From assembly GCA_947632595.1 (NCBI GenBank), contig CANRPY010000002.1, positions 23,951-87,950 of the forward strand: 64,000 nt of DNA, read 5' to 3'. The translations under genes and the position numbers were made by a program. This document shows positions 28,314-39,095 of this stretch, in pieces. This DNA comes from an uncultured Bacilli bacterium. Lineage in GTDB: Bacteria > Bacillota_I > Bacilli_A > RF39 > UBA660. Position 1 is the first letter of the stretch. Every line of letters starts with the position of its first letter. The notes below the pieces were generated by a model. It was given only the letters and a program-made list of their open reading frames with translations, ran no database searches and was not told the DNA's origin.

Positions 28314-29072
28314 TTAATAACTTGTTTTGATACAGTAGTACATATTATAAGTAGATGGATTGATCATAACCGCATCTCTTTCTAGGACTTGGACTGCTAT
28401 TTCATACTCGGAGTGATATTTTTCTTGTTGTTTTACTCCATTATTTACAAATTCTTCTCCATCTAAATCAATCATATAGTAAAGGGCATCAGAGCCTTTA
28501 CTTTTTTCTGGTTCTTCTTCATACGTAAAGGTTCCATATACATGGTTGCTTTCCTCATCTTGATACTTGTTCCATACAAAGGACTGATCAGAATTTAATT
28601 TCATTGTTACTATAAAATCTTCTCCTGGTTCTTCTCCATTATATGATTTACAATCCCACGTTCCAAGTAAGTATTGATCTGCCAGTGCATCTCGACTTTC
28701 TTCCATTAACTTTGATGTGGAATAAATACCAAGTACTACTAAGATTATAAAAACCATTACAAAACTTATGATAATACTTACGGAATTTAAGATAATTCCT
28801 ACTATTTTTTTCTTTGTTTTTTCTTTACAACAAGCACCTACTACAATTCCAGTTATAGCAAGGGGTATCGTAAAAACATTTAAAATGAATGATAAAATAA
28901 CTGCTATTACTCCTATTACTAAACTAACGGTTCCTAAAGCACTCTTCTTTTCTTTTGATGATTCTAATGGGGAACCACATTGAGTACAAAATTTTGTAGT
29001 TTCATTATTATTTGCTCCACACTTTTTACAAATCATGGTAATCCTTCTTTCTAAAACAAAAGAACAATTCAA
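28314..29072 (-). CDS. Zinc-ribbon plus TM-helix protein, extracytoplasmic C-terminal domain
   Basis: N-terminal CKKCG...CTQCG zinc ribbon followed by two TM helices. Confidence 0.5.
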   Translation of the reverse strand: MNCSFVLERRITMICKKCGANNNETTKFCTQCGSPLESSKEKKSALGTVSLVIGVIAVILSFILNVFTIPLAITGIVVGACCKEKTKKKIVGIILNSVSIIISFVMVFIILVVLGIYSTSKLMEESRDALADQYLLGTWDCKSYNGEEPGEDFIVTMKLNSDQSFVWNKYQDEESNHVYGTFTYEEEPEKSKGSDALYYMIDLDGEEFVNNGVKQQEKYHSEYEIAVQVLERDAVMINPSTYNMYYCIKTSY

Positions 29073-29077
29073 TTGTT

Positions 29078-29476
29078 CTATAATCTTGGGATATTTGTTT
29101 TTTCTACAGCAACAACTTTATGGGTTACTTCCACACTTGGCTTTGTGGTAGTTGGTGCTGTTCTTGTTGGAGCAGGGCTTTGTGAATAGGTTCTTGAGAT
29201 TGCTGTTTTTCTTCTATTTACAGGTAGACTTAATAATGTCTCCGTCATATGATTCGCACTTGCTTGGAAACTATCATTTAAGTCATACATTTCCCCTTGA
29301 ATTCTCTTAATAAAATCGTAGTTTTCTTCTCTTTCTTTTAGATAACTACGTTGTTCATTTCTTTCTTGTTCTTTTCTTTTTTCTTCTTCTTCCGCAAGTC
29401 GCTTTTCTTCTTCTTTTTTTCTTGCGACTTCTTCTTCATATTCATGATATTCTTTTTCATTATACATTGGTATCAC
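29078..29476 (-). CDS. Charged coiled-coil hypothetical protein
   Basis: 132 aa, Glu/Lys/Arg-rich. Confidence 0.4.
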   Translation of the reverse strand: MIPMYNEKEYHEYEEEVARKKEEEKRLAEEEEKRKEQERNEQRSYLKEREENYDFIKRIQGEMYDLNDSFQASANHMTETLLSLPVNRRKTAISRTYSQSPAPTRTAPTTTKPSVEVTHKVVAVEKTNIPRL

Positions 29477-29562
29477 CTACGTTCATACATTTCCCAACCC
29501 TACTATAAATATAACAAAAACTTTGATTAAAGTAAAATAAAAAGAACAAAAACTTGTTCATT

Positions 29563-30048
29563 TTATTTTTTAGTTGTCACTTCTTTTTTCTTTTTATTTA
29601 AGAGGTAACATGTGGTATATAAGAATATCAAGGTAACGACAAAAATTACTTTTCCGGATGTCGATTGGAGATTGTAAATCAAGTAACCTATTTTTGGTAA
29701 GGAGTAAAGATATTTTCCATAATAATTTCTTCTGGTTGTTGGTAGGCCATCTACATGATGATTGGCATCTCCTTTGGTATGGATTTCTGTTTCTGTAATT
29801 TCAATGATTCGATGAATTACTTTTTGTTTTGGTTCTTTAAAGACAATGATATCCCCTACTTTTAAGTCTTCATAGGGATATCTTGTGTTAATAAAACACA
29901 GACTACCGGTTGGTATTGTGGGATACATGGAACCAGAAGTAACGATGGTTGGATCTACTCCAAAAAGATGTAGTCCAATTAAGAAGATTCCTGTCCAGGT
30001 TACTCCTAAAACGATAATGTCTAATATGATTGTCAGTATTTTTTTCAT
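29563..30048 (-). CDS. Signal peptidase I (S26, SipW-like)
   Basis: N-terminal TM helix. Nucleophile box VTSGSMYPTI. Downstream KGDAN region. Confidence 0.7.
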   Translation of the reverse strand: MKKILTIILDIIVLGVTWTGIFLIGLHLFGVDPTIVTSGSMYPTIPTGSLCFINTRYPYEDLKVGDIIVFKEPKQKVIHRIIEITETEIHTKGDANHHVDGLPTTRRNYYGKYLYSLPKIGYLIYNLQSTSGKVIFVVTLIFLYTTCYLLNKKKKEVTTKK

Positions 30049-30067
30049 GTACTCACCCTTTTATCTT

Positions 30068-32365
30068 TTATTCTTCTATTTTTTTAATCATTTGTTTTGC
30101 GGATGCATTTGGTACCATAGTCTCTGTTGCGATTGCGATCATTTGATCTAAGAAGATATCCATATTGTCTTTATATAACAATAGTACCTTTTTTAGTGTT
30201 TCTCTAATTTCTTCTTCTGGAATTCCTAAGAAAGAAGAGATTGCTTCTATTTCAAAATATTTTCCATCTACATATCCTAGACGAAGAGAAATAATGATGG
30301 CTTCTTTGACACTTAATTTTCCAAGCATTTTCTCAAAGGAAGGAGTACGAAGAAGCTCTAACATTTTTTCACAATCTTCTTTTACAATGGTTCCTGCTGT
30401 CTCTTGTTTTTGGATTGGTTTAGGAGAATCTACTGGCACCTTTTGTTCTTCTGTTGGAGGCACTGGAGATACAGGAGTAGCTGGTGTTGGAGTCTCTGCT
30501 TGCGCTACTACATTTTCTACTGAAGAGATTTTACGCGTTGTTCTTCTCTTACTAGGTGGTCTTTTTCCCGTAATTTCTTGTAGAATTCTTTTCATCTTTG
30601 GAACAAGAGATGTATAAAATCTTGTTTGTTCTTCTTTGGTCATTTTTGAAGATACAGGATGCTCTAGGTCATCTCCATAACGAAGTCTTACTAATTCTCT
30701 ATCTTCTGGGGATAGTCTTGTTAACATCTCATCTACTTGTTCTTTTGTATAATCACTAAAATATTGATAAATGGATTTTAATCTTGCCATATTTTCTTTT
30801 TCCTTCTTTCTTGCTCTTTTTGATTGGGTAACCCCTGCTTCTTTTAAAAAGGCTTTATTGGAACCTTCGGAATTTCTATATGCTGCCCGATATTCTTTGA
30901 CATTTTGTAGAGATTGTTTTGGGTTATCGGTATAGATTGCAAAGTCATCTACTTTTTTCTTGCTTCTTAGTTTTCTTAATGCTTTGGATTCTATTTGTCG
31001 AATTCTTTCTCTTGTTACATTAAAATATTTACTTACTTCTTCTAAGGTTCTTGTTACATTGTCTTCTAATCCATATCGTAGGGTTAAGACTTGTTTTTCT
31101 CTTAACGTTAGACAAGAATCTAGATATCTTTGTAGTTCTTCTGGTAGGCTGTTTCCTACTGCAACATCTTCTGGAGAATCTTTATCGGATGGGATAAAGT
31201 GTTCTAACTCGGTATCTTCGTCATCTCCTACAAAGGAATTAATACTAATAGTATCTTGTTGAGAACTATATAATTTTTTTGCTTGCTTTAAGGAGATGTG
31301 CATTTCATTGGCTACTTCTGATAAGTTAGGTTCTCTGCCAAGTTTTCCTTCTAGTTTTTGCCAGGTTTTTCGAAACTCTCCTATTTTTTCTACTACATGA
31401 ACAGGAAGTCTTACATTTCTTCCTTTGTCTGCGATTGCTCTTGTGATTGATTGGCGAATCCAGGTAATTGCATAGGTTGAGAATTTAAATCCTTTCGTTG
31501 GATCAAACCTCTCTACTGCTTTCATAAGACCAAGGTTCCCTTCTTGAATTAAATCCATAAAGGATAGGCCTCTTCCTACATATCTTTTCGCAACGGTTAC
31601 CACTAGTCGGAGATTACTCTGAATAAATAAATTTCTTGCTTCTAAATTTCCTTCTAATATTTTATGAAATAGTGCTTGTTCTTCTTCTCGATTTAGTAAT
31701 TTATATTTTCCAATTTCTCGTAGATAGTCTCCTACGATACTACTAGACATTTCTTGTTCGATAATGGTTGTTTGCTGTTCTTCTTCCTCTTCCTCTTCTT
31801 TTTCTTTTTTCTTAATATCATGTAGTATCGCATAAGCATCTATTAAAGAAACTAGGAAAGTGTCTGATAAATACTCTTCTAAAATATCTTCTTCGTAATA
31901 CTTTTGATATTTTTTAAATTCTTTTTCCACTAATTTATCAAATAGACTAGACTCTTTTAATAGAGATAACATATGATCTGGATCTAGTGGATATTGATAG
32001 ACTGTTAAAAATTCATTTAGGGATTGTAGTTTTTTCTCGAAGTCTTTTTCTCGATTCATTGTTAAGTAATTTTCTACAATCCTTGTTCTATCTTTTGGTT
32101 TTCTTAGGCAATCATGGAAGAATGAAGAGAATGCTTCATTTAGTTTTTCTTCCATGAGTTTTTCAAATGAGTTTGCTTCCTTATATTCTTTTTGTTGTTT
32201 TGCAATTTCTTCCCGGAGTCTCTTTCTTAAGGTATCTACTTCTAGGGCAAACCTTTTTGCTCTCTCTTCTATTTGGTTAATGAGAGGTGTTAAAAGGCGC
32301 CATAAGTCTTCTGGATTTTGTTGCATTGTTCCATTCATTGTTGCTTCCAAGGCAAAACCTCCCAT
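30068..32365 (-). CDS. Sigma-70 family RNA polymerase sigma factor (RpoD-like core) with ~200-aa N-terminal and ~290-aa C-terminal extensions
   Basis: Region 2 [43 protein letters not shown]. Region 3 [13 protein letters not shown]. Region 4 [18 protein letters not shown]...[27 protein letters not shown]. Two more region-4-like HTH units: [16 protein letters not shown]... and [43 protein letters not shown]. Confidence 0.8.
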   Translation of the reverse strand: MGGFALEATMNGTMQQNPEDLWRLLTPLINQIEERAKRFALEVDTLRKRLREEIAKQQKEYKEANSFEKLMEEKLNEAFSSFFHDCLRKPKDRTRIVENYLTMNREKDFEKKLQSLNEFLTVYQYPLDPDHMLSLLKESSLFDKLVEKEFKKYQKYYEEDILEEYLSDTFLVSLIDAYAILHDIKKKEKEEEEEEEQQTTIIEQEMSSSIVGDYLREIGKYKLLNREEEQALFHKILEGNLEARNLFIQSNLRLVVTVAKRYVGRGLSFMDLIQEGNLGLMKAVERFDPTKGFKFSTYAITWIRQSITRAIADKGRNVRLPVHVVEKIGEFRKTWQKLEGKLGREPNLSEVANEMHISLKQAKKLYSSQQDTISINSFVGDDEDTELEHFIPSDKDSPEDVAVGNSLPEELQRYLDSCLTLREKQVLTLRYGLEDNVTRTLEEVSKYFNVTRERIRQIESKALRKLRSKKKVDDFAIYTDNPKQSLQNVKEYRAAYRNSEGSNKAFLKEAGVTQSKRARKKEKENMARLKSIYQYFSDYTKEQVDEMLTRLSPEDRELVRLRYGDDLEHPVSSKMTKEEQTRFYTSLVPKMKRILQEITGKRPPSKRRTTRKISSVENVVAQAETPTPATPVSPVPPTEEQKVPVDSPKPIQKQETAGTIVKEDCEKMLELLRTPSFEKMLGKLSVKEAIIISLRLGYVDGKYFEIEAISSFLGIPEEEIRETLKKVLLLYKDNMDIFLDQMIAIATETMVPNASAKQMIKKIEE

Positions 32366-32434
32366 CTTTTCTTATTTTTATTGTAACACTCTTTATTCTT
32401 TTACGAAAAGAAAAATATGAGATTTCTCCCATAT

Positions 32435-33943
32435 TTAATCTTCTTCATAGATAGATAGTTTGTTTTTTAAATCTTCAATTTCTATTTCTTGTTGTTCAAT
32501 TAACTCTTCTTTTTCTTCGATTTCTATATCGCGATTTCTAATCTCTGTTTCTTGACTCGATAGTCTCTCTTCATACTGATCAATGATATCATAGTAGTTA
32601 TCTGCTTGTTTTTTTAATTTTTCAATATTCTCTTTTGATGCATAGACTCTTGCATAGAAGGGATCCGTATCTAAAATTCTTACTTTTTTACTATTTAATT
32701 CTCTTATAAATTCTTTGATGGTTTCTATTCTATTTTTATCTGTACATACAAAGTCCACCATGCCAGATTCTCTTATAAATGTCTCTACCTTACAGTTTTT
32801 ACAGGTTGGAACTTCTATTCGAATATTGTCTCTTTCTTCTTCTATGTATTCTACATGAGGACTAAAGAAAATGGTATCGGATACTGGGAACTCTTCTCGG
32901 TAAATCTTTGTTGAGACTTCTTCATATTTTAAGTCTAAGGCAGCTACTACGGTGGTACCACATCCTACTCCTAGGGCAATTACTGCTAGAATGAAGGTCC
33001 AGATCATTGTCTTCTTATTGCTTTTTCTATTTGTGACAAAGTTAAATAGTACATAGATTGGAACTCCTAATAGAACTCCTGCCGAAATAAGAGAAATGGC
33101 AACTCCTATGAAGAATAATCCACTCTTCCAAAATGTAAAAGATGCGATTAAAGCAAAGGATACTAAAAATAAGAGAAAGAGTAGAAAAACGGCTAGGCCT
33201 AATGCACAAAACTTAATTCCAATAATCATTACTTTATAGATGGCATTGATAAAACGATATTCTCCATCTTTTGGATCTCTTATAATAATTTTTTCTTCTT
33301 GTTTATATTCGATTTTCGTATCTTGTTTTTCTGTTTGTTCTTTTCTTTCTTCTTTTTGCTCTTGCCACTCTTCATAATAATTTAAGTATCTTACTTTAAA
33401 TACTTTTACTAGAATAATGGTTCCTAGAGTTATCGCTAATAAAACATAGATGATTTCTAAGAATCTTTGAATCACTTCATAGACATGATATGGCAATAGA
33501 GAATATAAGAAGGCACTTACTGCATTTCCAATTACTAGATAGAATATCCCAACAAAAATCAATAATAGAAAGATTATAATAGCTTGTTCAAAAAGACATT
33601 TGATTTTACTTTTCCATTTCATATTGAAAAGTAGATTAATGGTATCTGTTATGAACTTCATAAAGTCCTCTACTATCTTATTTAAATTATTTTTGGTTTC
33701 TTCCTCTTCTTTTACCTCTTTAATATCTTTATTTAATAAGTCATCAATATTTAAGTGAAATTTATTACATAAGGTTAAGATTTTGTCCATTTCTGGATAG
33801 GCAGTACCAGACTCCCATTTGGAGATTGCTTGGCGAGAAACTCCTAATTCTTCTGCAAGTTGTTCTTGAGATAAGTTGTGTTCTTTACGAATCTTTTTTA
33901 AATTATCTTTTAATTTATGATTCATCTTTTTTCCTCCTTTCAC
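32435..33943 (-). CDS. XRE-family HTH protein fused to a multi-TM domain and a C-terminal coiled-coil
   Basis: N-terminal LKKIRKEHNLSQEQLAEELGVSRQAISKWESG HTH_3, four or more TM helices, then a Glu-rich coiled-coil tail. Confidence 0.65.
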   Translation of the reverse strand: MKGGKKMNHKLKDNLKKIRKEHNLSQEQLAEELGVSRQAISKWESGTAYPEMDKILTLCNKFHLNIDDLLNKDIKEVKEEEETKNNLNKIVEDFMKFITDTINLLFNMKWKSKIKCLFEQAIIIFLLLIFVGIFYLVIGNAVSAFLYSLLPYHVYEVIQRFLEIIYVLLAITLGTIILVKVFKVRYLNYYEEWQEQKEERKEQTEKQDTKIEYKQEEKIIIRDPKDGEYRFINAIYKVMIIGIKFCALGLAVFLLFLLFLVSFALIASFTFWKSGLFFIGVAISLISAGVLLGVPIYVLFNFVTNRKSNKKTMIWTFILAVIALGVGCGTTVVAALDLKYEEVSTKIYREEFPVSDTIFFSPHVEYIEEERDNIRIEVPTCKNCKVETFIRESGMVDFVCTDKNRIETIKEFIRELNSKKVRILDTDPFYARVYASKENIEKLKKQADNYYDIIDQYEERLSSQETEIRNRDIEIEEKEELIEQQEIEIEDLKNKLSIYEED

Positions 33944-33974
33944 CTATCATTCTAGACTTTCTACCGGTTGCGAA

Positions 33975-35336
33975 CTACCACTTTTTGGTTGTTTTTTGTA
34001 TAAATTTAGTTGCTTTTTTCTTATTTTTCTCATTAAAGATTCTTTCTATACTAATTCCTAGTAATAAAAATACAAACATGTGTAGGTTATAGGCATATCT
34101 TGGAGAGATTTCAATCAACATATATACTCCATAATATAGGGCTAATATAATTTTTAGGAAGATAATTTCTTTTTCTTCTTCTTTCTTTTTTGGGAATAGA
34201 CTTACTACGAATAAAATCATAACGACGTTTAAAAAGCCTTGGTTATACCACCCTAAATATTTCATAATATTAGGAGAGATTTCATTTTTTATTCGCAAAT
34301 CATAATTGGTTTGGGTCCATAAAATGACTTCTTTTTTTAAGAATAAAACAGGGAACTTTTTATAATCTTGTTTGATTCTATTTTTTAATAATTCTTTTTC
34401 TTGATTGGTATTAAAGTAAGCTTCTTGATCTTCTACATTATAAATCCCATTATATTTATCACTTAATCCGCAATAGAATTTCCATAATGTTACATTTTTA
34501 TCTAAAGAATTAGAGTTTGTTTCTTTGTGTAGTGGACTTAGGTTAATTGCCATGGAGAAAGAGGAAGTTACTAGAAAATAAGTTAAGAGACATACTAGGG
34601 AACTTGTAAGGGTCTCTTTCCAGTTCTTTTTTGATAGATATGCAATTTTATAGACAATAATTCCTAAAATAATGATAATGGATTCTGTTCGAAAGAAGTT
34701 AGCGATAGCAAGTAAAATGGCAATACATATCCAATTTTTCCAAGTATCTTCTTTGGATAAGATCCAATCGATTACGATTAATGTAAGTAATGCAGGGATA
34801 TGTTGATTGGTTAAGACAGAATTTAGGTAGAGAGGATATAAGTAAAAGAGATAGGCAAATGAGATAATTCTTGCGGTTTTTTCTTTTACTAATTTTTTAC
34901 TTATTTGATAGATCATTACTACTATCATAGAGGTAATGATGCTATTCATTACTCTTAAGAAAAACGTGTGATTGATGATTTTTAATAAAATTGCTTGATA
35001 GAGAACAAGTCCTAATTGGAAAGGATATGTTTGAAAGTAAAAGCCATTCATAAAATCAAGATTACCAGATAAAAGACTTCTACTTGCCTCTAACATGGTT
35101 TGAAAGTCATCTGTTACTTCTACTTTTAAAAAGGTAATAGTAATGAGACGAATGAGAAAAGATAGGATTCCTAAAAAAAGAGGGAAATTCTTAATCTTTT
35201 CTTTTTTATAAAAGAAATAGAAAAATATTAGTATTGGAATGGTTAAAAAAATTGTCCACTTTTCTTTTTCAAAAAATAATAGAACAAAAAATAAAATCCA
35301 TACAAGATATTCTGCAATCTTTCTTAATTTTTTCAT
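33975..35336 (-). CDS. Polytopic membrane protein (glycosyltransferase-39/YfhO-like topology)
   Basis: 453 aa with more than 10 TM helices. No catalytic motif resolved. Confidence 0.45.
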   Translation of the reverse strand: MKKLRKIAEYLVWILFFVLLFFEKEKWTIFLTIPILIFFYFFYKKEKIKNFPLFLGILSFLIRLITITFLKVEVTDDFQTMLEASRSLLSGNLDFMNGFYFQTYPFQLGLVLYQAILLKIINHTFFLRVMNSIITSMIVVMIYQISKKLVKEKTARIISFAYLFYLYPLYLNSVLTNQHIPALLTLIVIDWILSKEDTWKNWICIAILLAIANFFRTESIIIILGIIVYKIAYLSKKNWKETLTSSLVCLLTYFLVTSSFSMAINLSPLHKETNSNSLDKNVTLWKFYCGLSDKYNGIYNVEDQEAYFNTNQEKELLKNRIKQDYKKFPVLFLKKEVILWTQTNYDLRIKNEISPNIMKYLGWYNQGFLNVVMILFVVSLFPKKKEEEKEIIFLKIILALYYGVYMLIEISPRYAYNLHMFVFLLLGISIERIFNEKNKKKATKFIQKTTKKW

Positions 35337-35414
35337 CGTATCATTCCTTCTTTATTTAGATAATAACACATGTATTCTTTCATTTCAAATCTTTCTGTGT
35401 TAGAATGAGATTGG

Positions 35415-36878
35415 GTGAAATTGATTATGAAAAAAGTCTTAAAAAAAGAGAACTTGATCTATGTTTTTCTATTTATCTTATTGGTTTTTATTCATTTTCC
35501 TTTAATGGGTAATTCTATTTTAACTGCAGATGTCTTATTGAATAATGATTTTTATAATGGATTTTCTTGGGAGATTTCTTTAGGAAGATTTGGGTTATTT
35601 CTAGTTGGAATCTGCAAGTCTTATTTGTCTTTTGCAGGTATTGATTTCTTTATTAGTTCTCTTCTTATTGTTTTGATTACTTATTTTTTAAACCAATTAT
35701 TTGAAGTCAAGTCTCTTGTTAGTAAACTATTCTTAGTTGGTCTTATGGCTCTTAGTCCCATTATTTCTGCTACTTTACTTTTTCATTATTGTTCGATTGC
35801 TTATTTACTTGCCTTTTTAGGATGTGTTTTGGCTATTTTCTTTTTCTATCATGCGAAGAATAAAGTCTTAAAGTATGTTGTTCCGCTTCTTCTTATTCCC
35901 TTTAGTTTATCTATTTATCAAGCTTATTTTTCTCTTCTAGTTACTTTATTTGTTTTTTATCAATTTCATTTACTTTTTCAAAAACATTTTTCTTATCGAG
36001 ATACCCTATCTTTTCTTCTTATTTTTCTAGGAGGAGGTATTCTATACTATCTTGGAATGAAGGGTTCTCAACTTATTTTCCATATTGATATGGCAAGTTA
36101 TAGTAATGCGAATCAAATTGGTCTTTCTACTCTCCTTCAATTTCCTAAAAAAATCGTTTCTTCTTACCAATTATTCCATCAAATGTTTTTTACCGATTCT
36201 ATTATGAAAAATACGTATTTATGGAATCCTATCTTGAATGGTATTCTCTTTGTTCTTTTTACTTGTAGTTTTGGATATCAAGTATTTACTTCTAAGATTA
36301 CTCTTTCTAAAAAAATCCTTAGTATTCTTTTCTTTCTTCTAATTCCCGTTTTTACGAATAGTGTTATCTTTCTTATTGCAGATAGTAAACTACAATTGCT
36401 TATGAGTGCATCTTATCTTATTATATTCTTCTATTTTCTGTCTACACTACAGACAAAGGTATTAAAAATTAGTAGTTTCCTTGTTTTTGGACTTTTACTT
36501 AGAAATTATCTGATTCAAGATGAGGCTACTTATCTTACTCTTCAAAATACAAAGAAACAGTATGATACTTATTTCCAAGCTGCGATTAGTGAACATATTC
36601 ATGAGTTAGATAAACCTTTTCTTGTGATTGGGGAAGTTAGTCCTAAAAACTTAGAGGTTTCTAAGAGAAATTATGGATATATATCAGATGATGGTATTTT
36701 CTGGGAAGAATATCATTTACGAAAATTAGGGGTTGAGAGATATGTTCTACAAGAGTTTGGACTTTCCATTACTTTTGGTAGTGAAGAGGATTATCAATCT
36801 CTCCTTGAGGAGAAGGATTCTAAAGAGGTTCTTTCTACTTACCGAGATAATATTGTTCTTGATTTTTCTAACACATAA
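35415..36878 (+). CDS. Polytopic membrane protein (YfhO/GT39-like topology)
   Basis: 487 aa with more than 10 TM helices. Divergent from the preceding membrane protein gene. Confidence 0.45.
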   Translation: MKLIMKKVLKKENLIYVFLFILLVFIHFPLMGNSILTADVLLNNDFYNGFSWEISLGRFGLFLVGICKSYLSFAGIDFFISSLLIVLITYFLNQLFEVKSLVSKLFLVGLMALSPIISATLLFHYCSIAYLLAFLGCVLAIFFFYHAKNKVLKYVVPLLLIPFSLSIYQAYFSLLVTLFVFYQFHLLFQKHFSYRDTLSFLLIFLGGGILYYLGMKGSQLIFHIDMASYSNANQIGLSTLLQFPKKIVSSYQLFHQMFFTDSIMKNTYLWNPILNGILFVLFTCSFGYQVFTSKITLSKKILSILFFLLIPVFTNSVIFLIADSKLQLLMSASYLIIFFYFLSTLQTKVLKISSFLVFGLLLRNYLIQDEATYLTLQNTKKQYDTYFQAAISEHIHELDKPFLVIGEVSPKNLEVSKRNYGYISDDGIFWEEYHLRKLGVERYVLQEFGLSITFGSEEDYQSLLEEKDSKEVLSTYRDNIVLDFSNT

Positions 36879-36879
36879 A

Positions 36880-36908
36880 AAGAGATGGATCATCTCTTTT
36901 TTTTATCG
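36880..36908 (+). terminator. Intrinsic terminator after the 35415-36878 gene
   Basis: AGAGATG-gatc-ATCTCT hairpin followed by T8. Confidence 0.6.
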
Positions 36909-37055
36909 GTTTCCATTGTAATTGCCATTACCATTCCATCCCCAGAATAGGAAGAAAATAATAATGATTACAATAAAGATTGCCCACCATCCACCAAAGC
37001 CATCATTGTTGTTTTGGCCTACTGGATAGGGATATGAATAACCATAACCGCACAT
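36903..37055 (-). CDS. YjcZ-like small sporulation protein (50 aa), missed by the ORF track
   Basis: Translates to MCGYGYSYPYPVGQNNNDGFGGWWAIFIVIIIIFFLFWGWNGNGNYNGNR, a Gly/Tyr-rich N-terminus plus a hydrophobic helix. RBS AAAGGAGA sits 8 nt before the ATG. Confidence 0.5.
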   Translation of the reverse strand: MCGYGYSYPYPVGQNNNDGFGGWWAIFIVIIIIFFLFWGWNGNGNYNGNR

Positions 37056-37107
37056 AAATATTCTCCTTTCATTATATTTTATTTGGAATATTTATGAGTG
37101 TTCGGGT

Positions 37108-38856
37108 TTATTCCACGGTTACTGACTTTGCTAAGTTTCTTGGTTTATCAATATCTAGTCCTCTTAATTTTGCTGTATAGTATCCAATTAATTGTAATGT
37201 TGGGACTACCAACAATGGTTCAAAATAAGAACTTGTTTTTGGAACAATATAACGAAATCCATGATTTGGAATTTCTTCCGTATTGGTTATTGTATAGATG
37301 AAGGCATCTCTTGATTTAACTTCCATGACATTGGATTCTGTTTTATCAGCAATAGCTGGGTCTGTAATGATTGCGAAGACAGGAACTCCTTTTTTGATCA
37401 GTGAGATTGTTCCATGTTTTAACTCTCCTGCTTGGAAGGCTTCACTATGAATGTATGAGACTTCTTTTAGTTTTAAGCTTCCTTCTAGGCACATTGCATA
37501 GTCAATTCCTCTTCCAATAAAGAAGGCATCTTCTGCTTTATACATACTTTTCGCAACGTCTAAGAAGATTTCTTTCTCATCTAATATTTTTTGTAATAGA
37601 ATTGGGATTTGTTTCATTTCTTTTAAGGCATCTTCATCTTTTACTGTTTTCATTACAATTAAAGATAATAAAGCAGCTTGTAGAATATAAGCTTTTGTCG
37701 TTGCGACTGCGACTTCTACTCCTGCTCCTATTAGAAGAGTCTTATCACATTCTCTTGCAATGGTAGAAGTTTCTGTATTTACAATACCTAGTGTTTCTAC
37801 TCCATTTTCTTTTGCTTTTCGCATCGCTGCAATGGTATCGGCTGTCTCTCCTGATTGAGAGATTACAATCACTAATGTTTTGGGACGATAAAGCACTGTT
37901 TTATAACGATATTCTGATGCACATTCTACGTAACACTTCTTTTTACATTTTTCTTCGATTAAACTTGCTCCTACTAATCCTACATACATAGCGGATCCAC
38001 AAGCAACAATGTGAATCTCATCATATTGCGATAAATCTGGTAAGTCTTTGTCTTCGTATCTTGAGATTAAGTTTCTAAGAACGGTAGGTTCTTCCATTAT
38101 CTCTTTTAACATAAAGTGTTCATATCCTGATTTACTTGCAGAATCTTCTTTTAAATTGGATTCTAGAATTTCTTTTTCTACTTCTTTTTCTTCATAAAAG
38201 ACTTGTACTTTATTAGGATCTAGTACGGCAATTTCTCCTTCTTTTAGGAGACTATATCGATTGGTTTCTTGTATCATGGCAGCAATATCACTTGCGATAT
38301 AATTTTCTTGTTCTCCATAGCCTATCATTAAAGGAGAATCTTTTCTAATTGCATATAATTTGTCTTTTCCTTCCAATAGAATTCCAAAGGCATAAGATCC
38401 TTTTAATCTTTTTGTTGCTTTAGTAATTGCCTCTATCGGATTATCTTCATAGTATTCATTGATTAGAGCACAAGCAACTTCTGTATCTGTTTCACTTTTT
38501 AAAGATACCCCTTTTGCTTCTAATTCTTTTCTTAGTTCTCTTGCATTTTCAATAATTCCATTATGAACAAGAGTTACTCTCCCTACTTTATGAGGGTGTG
38601 CATTTACTTCATTTGCTTCTCCATGAGTTGCCCATCTCGTATGACCAATTCCTAGGGTTGCAGTAATACTTTTTTCTTCTTGTAATTTCTTTTCTAGTTC
38701 GACTATTTTTCCCACACTCTTTATGATTTGCGTTTCTTCTTCATTTTCTAGAGCAATTCCACTCGAATCATACCCTCTATATTCTAGTTTTTTTAAACCG
38801 TTTATTAAAAATTCTTTCGGATGTTTTTTTCCAACATATCCTACTATTCCACACAT
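37108..38856 (-). CDS. glmS: Glutamine--fructose-6-phosphate aminotransferase
   Basis: N-terminal MCGIVGY nucleophile. Two SIS domains. C-terminal KSVTVE. 582 aa. Confidence 0.95.
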   Translation of the reverse strand: MCGIVGYVGKKHPKEFLINGLKKLEYRGYDSSGIALENEEETQIIKSVGKIVELEKKLQEEKSITATLGIGHTRWATHGEANEVNAHPHKVGRVTLVHNGIIENARELRKELEAKGVSLKSETDTEVACALINEYYEDNPIEAITKATKRLKGSYAFGILLEGKDKLYAIRKDSPLMIGYGEQENYIASDIAAMIQETNRYSLLKEGEIAVLDPNKVQVFYEEKEVEKEILESNLKEDSASKSGYEHFMLKEIMEEPTVLRNLISRYEDKDLPDLSQYDEIHIVACGSAMYVGLVGASLIEEKCKKKCYVECASEYRYKTVLYRPKTLVIVISQSGETADTIAAMRKAKENGVETLGIVNTETSTIARECDKTLLIGAGVEVAVATTKAYILQAALLSLIVMKTVKDEDALKEMKQIPILLQKILDEKEIFLDVAKSMYKAEDAFFIGRGIDYAMCLEGSLKLKEVSYIHSEAFQAGELKHGTISLIKKGVPVFAIITDPAIADKTESNVMEVKSRDAFIYTITNTEEIPNHGFRYIVPKTSSYFEPLLVVPTLQLIGYYTAKLRGLDIDKPRNLAKSVTVE

Positions 38857-38874
38857 ATTTTTTCCTCCACTATA

Positions 38875-39020
38875 AAAACATATAGTGTTGATATATCATT
38901 TGTTGTAATCTTGATTTTACTTTTTGTAATATATCTTACGAATCACTTACTCCGTAGTAGTACCCGCCGAATCTTTCGATACCCTACTATCCTCGTCAAC
39001 CTATTATGGTCCTGGCGCTA
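38875..39020 (-). ncRNA. glmS ribozyme (GlcN6P-sensing self-cleaving riboswitch)
   Basis: Minus strand reads A^GCGCCAGGACC...GACGAGGA...AGAUUCGGCGGGU, which are the core glmS ribozyme motifs, in the 5' leader of glmS. Confidence 0.8.
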
Positions 39021-39095
39021 AATGAAGATACTCCTTTCTCTTTCTCTCATCTTATTAAACATTATACCGAAAAATAAAAAAGATGACAAATTCTT

